A DNA stretch of 63,832 bases, the filler included, from Octopus bimaculoides (lineage: Eukaryota): the NCBI RefSeq assembly GCF_001194135.2. It is 6 parts of 6 records of this genome, joined end to end, with 100 filler letters (N's around TTAATTAATTAA, not from the genome) between each part and the next. Parts side by side here need not be neighbours in the genome. Positions count along the whole stretch, not along the records: positions 1 to 19,593 come from NC_068989.1; positions 19,694 to 22,518 come from NC_068987.1; positions 22,619 to 40,803 come from NC_068985.1; 3 more parts are not named here. One strand, 5' to 3'. Positions 11,350-23,443 of this stretch are shown piece after piece; within the stretch, counting starts at the first letter, position 1; every line of letters starts with the position of its first letter. Both the position numbers and the translations under genes were made by a program. The notes under the pieces are model-generated. The model did not search any database, was not told the origin of the DNA, and worked only from the letters and a program-made list of their open reading frames with translations.

Positions 11350-13915
11350 TAAACACACTCATCTATACAAAAACAGTCACACACGTTTATAGAGAACCAT
11401 TCACCGCCATTTCCACATTGTCACACAATTCAGGTGATGTACCACATAGGCTGCCGTAAGTTTCTTTTATTTTTCATTAATTAATATTATAATTACTGTT
11501 ATTTATCTTTCTCTTGTTTATACGGGATTAATGTATTTCTGTCTCCGTTACACTCTTTCGTCCAAGTTGGGATGAAAATCTAGAAAAACTACAAATTAAA
11601 CTTCAAACCAGAATGGAGCAGCCTGGCTTCCCCAGCAAATCCATTCACCTTCCTCTTTTCATCAACATTAATCGGTCACCTTGTTGAATTTTCCTCAACA
11701 ATCATTTCCCAGTTTATTTGTATTATAATAATATAGAGATCGATGTTTAATAATAATAATCCTTTCTAATAAAGGCACCAGATCTGAAATTTAGAGGGAA
11801 GAGATAGTCTTATTAGGTCGACCTCGGTACTCAACTGGTCCTCCGTACTCAACTGGTCCTCAGTACTCAACTGGTCCTTATTTTATCGACCCTGAAAGGA
11901 TGAAAGGCGAAGACGACTTTAATAATCTATATTGATAACCAACCCATTTCTGTAAACTCTGCCGATCTGTCATTTAATTTTCATATTAACCAAGTACAAA
12001 CTTAAACTTTATCACAAATGTTAGTAACATCGATACAACTTTTTGTTACAATATGTAATGATTGTCTGACACCCCAGACAAGGTATTTCAGAAAGGTTGT
12101 CCCTTTTAGTGTAAGGTTGTGTGACAGGGACCAGCGACTTGGCGAAACTTGAACTCAGAGCAGCGAGGCACCGAACTAGATATTCTTTTATTTCTAGCGA
12201 TCCACGGCTGTTTTATTAACATTAAGTCCTCTTAATTTCGTTTCATGTACGTCTTCCGTTTCATGTACCTGTAATGAAAGGAGAACAAATGCTAAGCCAT
12301 TACACAGTAAGCCACAGACTTTATTTAGTAAATTCCAACAATATATTCCATCTATTAAACACTATAGAAGGAACGTCGAAAGTAAATATTGCCTCTGTCT
12401 TTTCAACTTGTAAGAATTTACCTGGCCCCAGAGAGAAGGGGAAATCACTGAATTAATATTCATTGCTTCAATTGTTGATGTATTTAGGAGGGAGAGAGAG
12501 AGAGAGAGAGCTGGATATCCCAAACTTGCATCCTTCATCTATGAAATTCATTACTGTGTTATCATCAGGTTATTGTCATTTATGAAGTTCATCTATAATC
12601 AAAGACGTTCCAATTATGACCAGCCTGTCGATTCGGGTGGGTGGGGGGAGATGAAGTAGGGCATAGTAACAGGACATCATGATATAATGTAAAAGAAAAA
12701 CAATAGAATCAGAAGAAAATAGTGTGTCGGGAATAGTAAATTCACACAAAGTTCATCAAGAGGAATGGAATATTTTGCAGAAGAAAAGTTTAACATTTAT
12801 TTTTTTTAGCCAGAACTTTTCAGAGATGAACAGTTTATTCAATATATCTTCTCTTTTTCAAGGTAGCAGGGTTTGGTTGTTGTTTTTCTTGCAGGTTGAG
12901 CGCCCCCAATGGATTTGGTTACACAAGGATATAGTAATAATTTGCTCAGTACTTCATTATGAACGACTGGTTATTTTATCTTTCATACTTCTGGGATGGT
13001 GAGGGAGATTTGACGGCTATTTCTAGCAGGTCAAACAATCGTGTTGACTCTATAATATTATTATTATTATTATTATTATTATGATGATGATTGTCTGTTG
13101 TCATCTTTACCTTTTCAACTTCATGAAGGTGATGAAATAAAGTACCAGTTAAGTACTGGGGTCAATGTAACCGATTGATCCCTTCTAATAATTATGAGAC
13201 CTTATGTCGATGTAAGAAATCGTCATTATTATTTTGCTAGGATGGTAGAAAGGGTAGATTAGCTAATTATCACTCTACAACAGGGGTTCAAGAAGTTCTG
13301 TTGGGGGTTGACTTTACATTTTATTCAGTGTCTTTAAAATATTTGCCACTCAACTCGGTTCAACTCTCCTCTACAAATGGTTGGCCTTCTCATTTAATCA
13401 GGTTTTTGTTTTAGATAATTTATAAAATGTTTGCTTTTTTCAACTTTATTTGTAGAAATGATTTTGCTTTTTTTGTTTACTTGTATCTTTCCTGAAGTAG
13501 ATACTTTAGAATCTTATCTCTGAACAGGTAGATTACTTCAAACCTCCACCGTTCTACCTTTGATAATAAACTCCACTTGATTGTTCCACTAATTGATGCT
13601 TGTTGATGATACAGTTGCACTTGTAATTATGAGCTTTTATCACGTTGTATTAATAACAATTTTACTTTCATGAGTATACACTTATTTTGTTATAGAGGTT
13701 GACTTTTTTAAATGTGAGCCCGCTTTGTACAATACTTTTCAATTCTATTTAAATATTGTTTTATGGGTACACCTATATGTATACGTACGCATATATTGGT
13801 ATATTTACACGCACACGTACGTTTATTTCCACATGTAAAAGTAAACCGACCCAGTAATATCTCGTATTGTTCAAGTGAAGAACCCTCCTCAGGTGTTTCT
13901 CAGACGTACACTTAC

Positions 13916-14021
13916 CGTTACTAAGTAGTAGAGGTAAAAATTGAAATAGAGCCTCTAATAATGTATTGTTTATTTGTGTATCTAGCAGTCTCTCTTCTAG
14001 TAAACTAATCAAATATTCCAT
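13916..14021 (-). CDS. Candidate first coding exon MEYLISLLEERLLDTQINNTLLEALFQFLPLLLSN(G)
   Basis: ATG at 14021 and a strong donor AACG|GTAAGT (plus AC 13914-13915), phase 1. A possible 71-bp upstream intron spans 14036-14106 (GTGAGT...TTTTAAG). The exon lies in a CpG-retaining patch. No homology was recognised. Confidence 0.3.
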
Positions 14022-15234
14022 GCGAAGCGCCAGTTCTTAAAATGGATTGCTGATTGATCGGTTTCAATTTTGTTTACTTTCTAATTATAAGCCAGGCAAC
14101 ACTCACCCACAATTGTAAGATCGTTATAACTAGCAGCTACTCTGCTTAGCTGAATAACTAGGACTGCTTTATCTCGGTTTAAATTAGCTTGCATGTCCAG
14201 AAAGATTTAATAAATGACTTTAATACAGGACAGATCATTAAACCACTTTTGCGCTAAGTTTTGGAATGTTACTATTATGAAAACATCCGAAGCTCTGTGG
14301 AAATAATAATAAAAAGAGAAATTGTTATTTATTACCTATATAAACATATTCGGTTTCGAAATTAATGACAAATTTTACCACACACTCACACACACTAAAG
14401 AAAAAAGTGCTTATTTGATGTTCATGCCTTTCCACTAAGACAGTGTGTGAAACAGCCAACTAGTTTGCAGAGTTGGCTGAAGGACAATTTACATTAATGT
14501 GGTGCTATATACCAAAATTGTGTTTTTCTTAAGCCAGCCAAATACCTGTCTTTGTCAGACACAGCTTGTCAAGACAATTGGTTGAAATCTGACAACTATT
14601 TAGAGATGAAAACAACTCTTATGGGATTTGTAAAGCAACTAATTGCAGCATTCCTCTATTTAAGTCAGCTCTATTGATCATAACTGTAGAATCTGATAGA
14701 AATACATTTGATATAGTTCAATTATTTCCCATATACAAGTAATCATCAATAAAATTAAAAATGACTTGTGATCTCATAGAACAGTTGGTATATCTATGGA
14801 GTGTATGTGTTGAAATAGTAACTGGGCAGCATCCCCCTGAGCTAAGTCTGAGACACTAGGTCAATGTTAGTTTGGGACACTCGACTCCTCTTGAATATGA
14901 TTTCCAGTTGGGCATAATCTAGAACTGGGCTGGTTCTGCCATGCTGATTTGCCTTTGTCGTGCTACCTATTGTGTAGTATATACACATATACACCACATC
15001 AAATGTATTTCAATCTGATTCTTGTTTTGCTGGCTCAAAAAAGAAAAGAAAAAAAAGGGGGGGGGGCACTTTTGGTTGACAGCACCAAACTGATGTAAGA
15101 TGTCCTGTCAGCTCTGCAAATTAGCTGTTTCACTTTCTTTTTAACCACTGTCTTTCTGGAAAGGCATGAACACCTAAGTTTTTTTTTTCTTTTTTTCCAC
15201 ACTTATAGCAAGAAGTATTTAAAAATATTTAATT

Positions 15235-15550
15235 GCATGGCTGAGTGGTAAGAAACTTGCTTCCCAACCACATGGTTCCAGGTTCAGTCTCATTGCATGG
15301 CACCTTGGGCAAGTGTCTTCTCTCACCATCCAAAGCCTTGTGAGTGGATTTAGTAAATGTGTGTGTCTGTCTCCCCCCACCCCCGCCATCACTTGACAAC
15401 CGATGCTGGTGTGTTAATGTCCCTGTGATTTAGTGGTTTGGCAAAAGAACTAATAGAATAAGTATTAAGCTTACTAACAATAAGTCCTTAAGGTGGTGCT
15501 CCAGCATGGTCGCTGTCAAATGACTGAAACCAGTAAAACATTAAAAGAAT
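15235..15550 (+). mobile_element. Family C tRNA-derived SINE, CpG-decayed copy
   Basis: GCATGGCTGAGTGGTAAG...GGTTCAGTC...CACCTTGGGCAAGTGTCTTC...GGTGGTGCTCCAGCATGG...TGACTGAAAC. Confidence 0.85.
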
Positions 15551-17955
15551 ATGAAACTTCTTCACCTGAGTCTTTGTCATCTTATTAAATGATTACTGGG
15601 AGAAAAAGAAGAAATACCAAACAACAAATCTGTCATACCTGAATGATTTTGTGGCCTCCCTGCTATGTGCTGCAGTCACGACCCTGCCTGTGAACTAGGA
15701 GGGAAGGAAGCATTAGTTTGCTTTTGGTGTGGACAGAAAGCAGGTGATATTGTTTTGTTCAGTATTGACAATTGTAGGATAATTCCTTTCAAGAATTACA
15801 CACACACGCTGACAAATATTTCATTTTTATTTTGTTTATTGCTTGACAACTGCTGAGAATTTAGGGTGTTGTCAAGAAAAATATATTAAAGATAAGCTAC
15901 AAAATTTAAAGCTGATTGTGGCTTGAACTCAACAAAATGGGAGACAAAAGCACGGTTGCTTTCTGCTTAAACCACCTGTTTAGGAAAAAAAATTAAATGT
16001 TGGAACATGTGTGTTTATACATGTGTAAGTACGTGTGTGTGTGTGTATATATATATACGCATGTGTGTGTGTATATATATATACGCATGTGTGTGTGTAT
16101 ATATATATATGTGTGTATGTGTATGTGTGTGCATATATACATGTGTGTGTGTGTACATGTTTGTATGTGTATACATGTTTGTGTATATATACATGTGTAC
16201 GCGTGTGTGTGTATATACAGGTGTGGGTGTATGTATGCGGTGGAGTGTATATGTATACGGGTGTGTGCGCATGTGTGTACATGTTTGTGTATGTATATGC
16301 ACGTGCATGCATGTATGTGCGTGTGTGCATGTCTGTGTGTGAACGTGTATATGTGTGTGTTTGTGGGATTTTTGTTTTAGTTTTACTGTGTGACTTTCAA
16401 CTAGTGTTTTTACTGTTTAGTTTGTTTTTCCAAATTTTTGCAACCCACAATCATTGGCCAGAAAACAACACATTCACACTCTCTCTTTTTTTCTCCCTAT
16501 TTCATTCTTTCACTTTCTCACTCTCCCTCTCTATCTAACATTTTACTTTTTTCTCTCTTTCCTCTCACTTTTCCTATCCTTTCTTCTCTCTTTACTCTTC
16601 TTTTACTCACACACACATTCTCTTTCTCTCTTTCAAATATTGTTTTACTATCTTTCCATGAAGAGAGTGAGGTATGGGTTCTAGAGCAGGAGGGTATGTG
16701 TGTATGTGAGAGAGAGAGAGAGAGAGAGAGACAAAGAAAGAGATGATTGCTGTGAAAAGTGGTATGAGACATGATACATACTTGATGGCAGTAACAGCAG
16801 TGTAGTGTGAGTTAACTAGTTGATTTTTTTTTTTTTTTTTTGAAAAAGGACATAAACACGAATTATTTTTAGTTTTGAGATTATATAGCCATTCTGTCTA
16901 GTTTGTATGTTCATGAAACATGCAACAATACCAAGTGCATAAAATTTTACAGCCTGTGCTAAGATGCTTCATTAAAAATGGAGTATGAAAAGTGTAGAGA
17001 GGGTTATCTTTGAAGAATTGATTTGTAACAGGTGAAAGCAATGGAGCATTAAGTTTAATGAACTGCTCGTGAACTGTTGTGGTAATTTCTAAGTATAAAT
17101 GTTAAACCTTTGCAAAGGCTTTGTGTGTGAGAGAAAGAGAGAGTTTAACTGTAGCTATGTAATGAAGAAAAAAAATCACCAGGTGTCTTAAAATACACTT
17201 GGTTAGTTTGAAATCTACTTCAATGGACAATGAATAGCTGCTGAGACAGCAAGGGAACATCTATCTGTTTGGTAAACCTACTGGAAATAAAGTTTCTAGT
17301 GACTGAAAAAGATGACATGTAAGATAATGCAGTAGCTTGTGTGTGTGTGTGTGTCATTAACAGGGCTTTATAGAACCATTTCATTCCAAAATGACTACCA
17401 AAAATATTCCATTTCTTTATTCTTGATTTTCTTATCTCTCCTTTCCCCACTTTTTTTATGTGTATTTATATATGTAGGAATACATATGTTTGTTTCTTTG
17501 TGTGTGGGTGTGTGTGTGTGTATGGTCCCATGTTTTTGTTTGTGTGTATGTGTGAGTGTATGTCTATATGTGTAAATGTATGGGTGTTTGTATGCATATT
17601 TGTAATTAAAAACTCCTTATTTAAACTGATAATTAACTCTAAAATATCAGTTTGAAAGCCACTTTTTAAGTGAGAAGATCCTATCAGTGACCTTTTGTAA
17701 ACTTATAAACATCAAATTATTAAAGTGAAAAAATTATCAGTAAAGCGTTTTCTATTCATTTTTTTAAGTGTGTAATTTTTCAGCCAAAATAGAGATGAAC
17801 TCCATTCTTCCATGTGATCTGCTTGAAAAATTAAGATATTAAGATTTTTTTCTTGACGTGAAACCAATGGTAGCCCTAATAACAGATAAAGAAATTTTAT
17901 CCACCAATGTGGTGTTGAGCATTCATTCTCATTGTTTGATGTGTGTGTGTGTGTG

Positions 17956-18359
17956 TATTCCTTTTATTCCTCTAATGGTTTCAGCCAGAGGCTGGGGCCA
18001 TGCTGCAGCACCACCTTTTAGTATTTTGGGGTTTCCTTTCAGTACTGTTTTTGAAGAAGTGAGTTGAATGAAACTGCTCTTCTTTGTGACGCCTGCTGCA
18101 AGGTGGGCACATCTAGGATTTCAGGTAGAAATTTGTCCAGTTACTTTTTGAACATTTCCAAAGCTACACTTTGTGGATCTCCTAAGTTCCGTGGCAGGAT
18201 GTTAAATTGTTGTGATCCCTTGAAACCTAAGCTGTTGCAGTACTGGGTTCTTATTTGTGATGAAGCAGATGGTGTCTTTGGTAGTGTGCAGTGCTGTCCA
18301 GCTTGGTGGTTGGTATAGCTTTTAATTCCAAAGTTGGGAGTTAGACCTTCCAGTATCTT

Positions 18360-18402
<43 letters not shown>

Positions 18403-18945
18403 TGCATACCTTTCTCACCTTCTCTTGAGGAGTAGAGCTTCAGTTCTTGTAGCCTATCCCAATAGCTCATCTGTTTCACTGAGTCAGTCTTCTTTTATGT
18501 AGTGGTGCTGGATTGCTGCAAGTGCTGGCACCAATTTGACACTCTGTGGAAATCACAGTTGGGAGCATTAATCCAGATGACTGAGGACAAATGTCCTCCA
18601 TAGGAGTAGCAAAGTATCCTTATTTCTGGTCCTGAATGATCTAAAGATCCATACAGCTACTCACCTGGACAAGTGTTATCATCCTGGCAATATGCACATG
18701 GAATGTTGCATCAGTGCTCCTGTAGATTCCCAGATCACACACTGATTCTAACTCTGGCATTGCATCGACCTCTGGTCCTATGTGTTTTGATTGTAATTTG
18801 TTTGTGGGCTGATAGCAAAGCACTTGAAACCTATTGGCATTGAACAGCACATTATTTCCATCAGCCCATTTTGTATATTGCAGTTTTACTGTCATCAGGG
18901 TCCATGACTGCTTGAGATACTTTATACCATCAGCATAGCTGGTGA
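17956..18945 (-). mobile_element. 5'-truncated CR1/L2-type LINE
   Basis: Minus translation SYADG...WADGNNVLFNANRFQVL...VCDLGIYRSTDATFHVHI...WIFRSFR...YWDRLQELKLYS...WKILEGL. A (TA)n interruption lies at 18362-18398 and the tail is an ...AGGAATAAAAGGAATA repeat. Confidence 0.85.
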
Positions 18946-19087
18946 GAGTGGCTGACACTGTACGACTGGCGGCATGTCTGAGAAAGTCACTACAAATGGT
19001 AGTGGTCTCTGTACAGTTCACTGAGGAACTCCACTGTGGATTGATGTCTCCCCAGAGAGTGCACCATTGGCTGCAACTGCTTGACTT

Positions 19088-19260
19088 CTTATTTCTTTAC
19101 TGCCCACAAGGGGCTACACAAACTGGTACTTATTTAATCGACCCCGAAAGGATGAAAGACAAAGTCGACCTTGGTGGAATTTGAACTCGGAACATATCGG
19201 CAGACAAAATGCCGCTAAGCATTTTGCCCGGCGTGCTAACATCTCTGCCAGCTCGTTGCC
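19088..19260 (-). mobile_element. Family B SINE
   Basis: Same motifs as 9421-9646, with an internal deletion. Confidence 0.8.
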
Positions 19261-19637
19261 TTACTTGACTGATGGATATATAGTACTATATATTTTGGAT
19301 AATATACCCACTCCATCGACAGATATGCTTGACTTCTGTCCTTTAAAAAGTCATGAGCCACTCTTCCAATGTTCCAGTGATACCAAGGTTGCATAGTTTG
19401 TGACTTATCATGATCAACCTTGGCAAAGTTAAGATATATCACACCTATATATATATATATATATATACACTATATATATATATATATATATATACACTAT
19501 ATATATATATATATATATACACACTATATATATATATATATATATATATACACTATATATATATATATATATATACTATATATATATATACACNNNNNNN
19601 NNNNNNNNNNNNNNNNNNNNNNNNNNNNNNNNNNNNN

Positions 19638-19649
19638 TTAATTAATTAA
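19638..19649. other. Assembly spacer TTAATTAATTAA within N gaps (also 22563-22574, 40848-40859, 48003-48014, 53934-53945)
   Basis: An identical 12-mer with stops in all six frames recurs, flanked by about 44 N on each side (100 bp total; 44+12+44 counted at 19594-19693). Confidence 0.95.
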
Positions 19650-19693
19650 NNNNNNNNNNNNNNNNNNNNNNNNNNNNNNNNNNNNNNNNNNNN

Positions 19694-19752
<59 letters not shown>

Positions 19753-21034
19753 GTATAAATACGTATATGCAGATATACAGTTACACATCACGTGTATATC
19801 GTACAGCTCTGAAACAGTACAGAGTAATACACAAAATATGAGTACATATTATTCTAAACATACCAACCTCTGTTTCGAGAAACAACATAAGCATTTTACC
19901 AAACACTGATTATCAAACCTGCGGAGGAGCCTCATCGCAGTCGGTTGCGCTGGAAAGCGTTATGAAATCTTACCTCAATGTTTCTACGAATACTGTTTCA
20001 TCAGATGGTGTAGGAAGAGACAGCTGTCCATGATGTCTTACAATAAATGCATAAGGTTGTGTTGGGGTTGATGTGGCCAAACATACAAAGGCATGAAATG
20101 ACCTCTTTCATGAAGGTATGACAATAATTCCAGTGTGCTCTACTTGGAAAAAAAATGTGGAGCGCCCTGGACAGAAAGGAAAGGCCCTGATGACCAAAGA
20201 TACATTACGTTTAACGAATGGCTTGCTCGATCGGGCTAGTGTTCTTTTATCCTTTTACTTGTTTCGGTCATTTGGCTGCGACCATGCTGGAGCACCGCCT
20301 AATCCGAACAAAAGAGTCTTGCAGCTCAAAGGACAGCGTTAATATTGCTAGGATTTAAACGCTGAACATTTCTCAATGGCGCAAACGCTTTTATACACTA
20401 CGCCATTGTTTCTGTCAATACGACGCCCCGAATTGTAACGACAATAATAAATTCTGACATAGGCTTCAGAATTCTAATCTAGGGGAATTGGCGTGGCTAA
20501 TTATATCGTCATAAGGAAGGTTAAAGTTCACACCGTAGGGATTTGAATTCAGAACATAAACGAATACAACTACATGCCGAAAGACTCTTTGTACAATGCT
20601 CTCGTAAATCTACTTTTCAACATCTATCTTATTGGATCCTAATTTAGGTACACGACCAATAATTTTGAGGGGAGATACCATCGGCTCCACTGCTTCACTG
20701 ACACTTTAACGACCTCAGAAGGATGAAGAACAATGTTAAGCTTGGTGAGATTTGAACTGTGAATGTAAACGGATATCACTAATTAGCGCAAGGTGCATAA
20801 TCCATCGCTATATTAATTATGTTCGTTAATTGCCTTTAGAACTGCTAATTAACCCCCTTCACAACCCAGAACCAAACGGGACCTAACTAAAAAGATATTG
20901 TGCCGTTAGTACACTCTCCACTATCCTCGTATAATGAGTGAATTAATAGCTATCGTTTCTAGCTCTGATATGATGCTATACACATCAGAAGTTTCGTAGA
21001 GTGGAATTAGATTACCCTATAAGTTAGAAAGCAA

Positions 21035-21320
21035 CCCCTCTTTTTTTTTGCCTATTATTGTTAAGTCTGGTCTATTGTTTTCTAGCTTTTCATCCGTTTG
21101 AACAGGAAAGTCTCACAAAGTCTTGCAATTCTCCGACTCAAGCACTCTTTCAACCCCATCAGCTTCAAATTCGCATTTTTAGCAAAGTTTGCAGGGTAAA
21201 CATTTTACAACAATGTCTGCCACTGTCTCGTTCGAATTATTATTATTATTGTTCAGTAGTTTTATTTTTATAACGTGCTTTCACTTCACTACCGAGCGCA
21301 GCTCTGTGCGCCTTGGGTAT
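21035..21320 (-). mobile_element. R4/Dong-like (RLE endonuclease) non-LTR retrotransposon fragments at an (AAT)n tract
   Basis: Minus translation ETVADIVVKC...ERVLESENCKTL*DFPVQTDEKLENNRPDLTIIGKK gives a zinc-knuckle remnant plus the RLE PD motif. The (ATT)n tract at 21237-21249 is followed by a probable 3' end of a second copy. Confidence 0.7.
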
Positions 21321-21430
21321 GTCTTTCATAAGAACAACATAATGCATTCACGATCTTGCGATCGTGAGTTCGATCTTTGGAGCAGGAGGCACATTGTGAT
21401 CTTGAGCTAGAGTCTCATTTTACATTGATC

Positions 21431-21500
21431 CATTCCATTTCATTCCATTCCATTCCATTTCATTCCATTCCATTCCATTCCATTCCATTCCATTCCATTC
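21431..21500. repeat. (CATTC)n pentanucleotide microsatellite, 14 units
   Basis: Read directly from the sequence. Confidence 0.95.
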
Positions 21501-22074
21501 TACTAGAAATAAATAATTCTACGACAGTTTGGCGTCCCATTCAGTGGGAATGGTGTGATATCGATCACTTACACACTATAAAAACAGGATAAAGACCCTA
21601 TGAACTCTCGGCGGAATTTGAACTCAGAACGTAAAGACGGACGAAACGCCGCTAAGCGTTTGCACCCGACCAGGTAACGGTTCTGCCAGCTCCCTGTCTA
21701 ACCAATCATCTAAAATAAATTCTTTAACCATTTCTTTTCAAAAGCATAATCGTTTGTGACTGAACACTGGCAAAGCATTCTATTCGAAAATTCTATCTTT
21801 TCCGACACCATTTATAATTTAATGGGACGTAAACAATTTTGATTATCTCTTTCATAAGAACAACATAGGCGCAGACTTGGCTCTCTGGTTAAGAATGTTA
21901 CTTCACACCTATGATTAAGTGGTTTCGGGTTCCGTTCCACTGCGTGGCGTCTTGGGTGTGTTCTTCTGTAGCTGTGGGCCGACCAATGTCTTGTGAGTGA
22001 ATTTGGCTTATGGAAACTGTCTGGTCGCCGATCATATATACGTACATACATACATACATATATATAAATATATA

Positions 22075-22295
22075 AGGCACATGGCTCAGTTGTTAGAGCG
22101 TCAATCTCACAATCATGAGGTAGTGAGTTCGATTCCCGGACCGGGCTGTGTATTGTGTTCTTGAGCAAGACACTTTATTCCACGTTACTCCATTTCAATC
22201 AGCTGTAGAAATGAGTTGTGATGCCACTGGTGCCAATTTACATCGTCCTTTGCCTGGACATGTGCCTCGGAGGGGATCTTTTTTGGTGAAATCCC
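22075..22295 (+). mobile_element. Family D tRNA-derived SINE (another copy at 37855-38007, minus)
   Basis: A-box-like TGGCTCAGTTGTTAG and B-box-like GAGTTCGATTCC, followed by GTGTTCTTGAGCAAGACACTTTA...TCAGCTG...AAATGAG. Confidence 0.75.
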
Positions 22296-22453
22296 ATGGT
22301 CATTCATAACCAAAATTGGTCTTTACCCTTTTACACACACACACACATTTATATATACACACCCACATTTATATATACACACCCACACACACACACTTAT
22401 ATATACACACCCGCACACCCACGCACACACACACACACGCACACACACACACG

Positions 22454-22486
<33 letters not shown>

Positions 22487-22618
22487 CTATATGTGTGTGT
22501 ATTTTTGTATTGTCTTCANNNNNNNNNNNNNNNNNNNNNNNNNNNNNNNNNNNNNNNNNNNNTTAATTAATTAANNNNNNNNNNNNNNNNNNNNNNNNNN
22601 NNNNNNNNNNNNNNNNNN

Positions 22619-22990
22619 GCTTGCTTACCAACCACATGGTTCCGGGTTCAGTCCCGCTGCGTGGCACCTTGAGCAAGTGTCTTTTACTATAGCCTCGGGC
22701 CGACGAATGCCTTGTGAGTGGATTTGGTAGACGGAAACTGAAAGAAGACCGTCGTATATATGTATATAAATGTGTGTGTCTGTGTTTGTCCTCCCACCAT
22801 CGCTTGACAACCGATGCTAGTGAGTTTACGTCCCCGTAACTTAGCGGTTCGGCAAAAAGAGACTGATAGAATAAGTACTAGGCTTACAAAGAATAAGTCC
22901 TGGGGTCGATTTGCTCGACTAAAGGCAGTGCTCCAGCATGGCCGCAGTCAAATGACTGAAAAGAGTAAAAGAGAGAGAGAGTAAAAGAGT
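22619..22990 (+). mobile_element. Family C SINE, CpG-intact copy
   Basis: Full body with an internal TA/TG microsatellite and a (TAAAAGAG)-type tail. Other copies lie at 21868-22035(+), 45545-45720(-), 47454-47866(+), 52434-52586(-), 52908-53328(+) and 61590-61790(+). Confidence 0.9.
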
Positions 22991-23401
22991 ATAACCACAT
23001 CGCATTTTGTTTTGGAAATTTGAGAATCAGAATATCAGAACGCTTGCAAAACACATACGATGGTTGAAGGAGTGAGTCGGAGACTATGACATCAAATGGA
23101 GTCTGTTGGAGAAAAGCAAGCCTAAATACAACGGCATGGTGTGTATGTGTTTAAAAAAAGAAGAGACAGACATTTTAGCCGTCTCTCGCCCAGTGAGTTT
23201 ACATCTGATCCAAGCTACGTCGGGGAACCAACACAAGTGCTGTCCCTCACTGCTTTTCGCGGTCGAACTCCGTTCATCCTTTCGTACATTTAATATATCA
23301 GTTCTGTATTATGTTATCTTTTTTCTTCCTACACCTCTCTCTCTCACTCTCTCCCTGTGTGTGTGTGTGTGTGTGTGTTTGTATGTGTGTGAGCGTGCGT
23401 G

Positions 23402-23443
<42 letters not shown>

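Noticed and set aside
15980-16772. His/Thr/Cys/Val/Tyr-rich ORFs (also about 41.7-42.7 kb and 60.9-61.7 kb)
   Set aside because: These are translations of degenerate CA/TG/TA/GA microsatellites that are open in several frames.
19638-19649. Recurrent TTAATTAATTAA palindrome as a biological motif
   Set aside because: It is always centred in a 100-bp N block and has six-frame stops, so it is an assembly spacer.
22075-22150. tRNA gene (likewise the heads at 27380-27452, 32328-32412 and 40203-40275)
   Set aside because: A/B-box-like heads continue into multi-copy SINE bodies, and no clean cloverleaf acceptor stem is evident.
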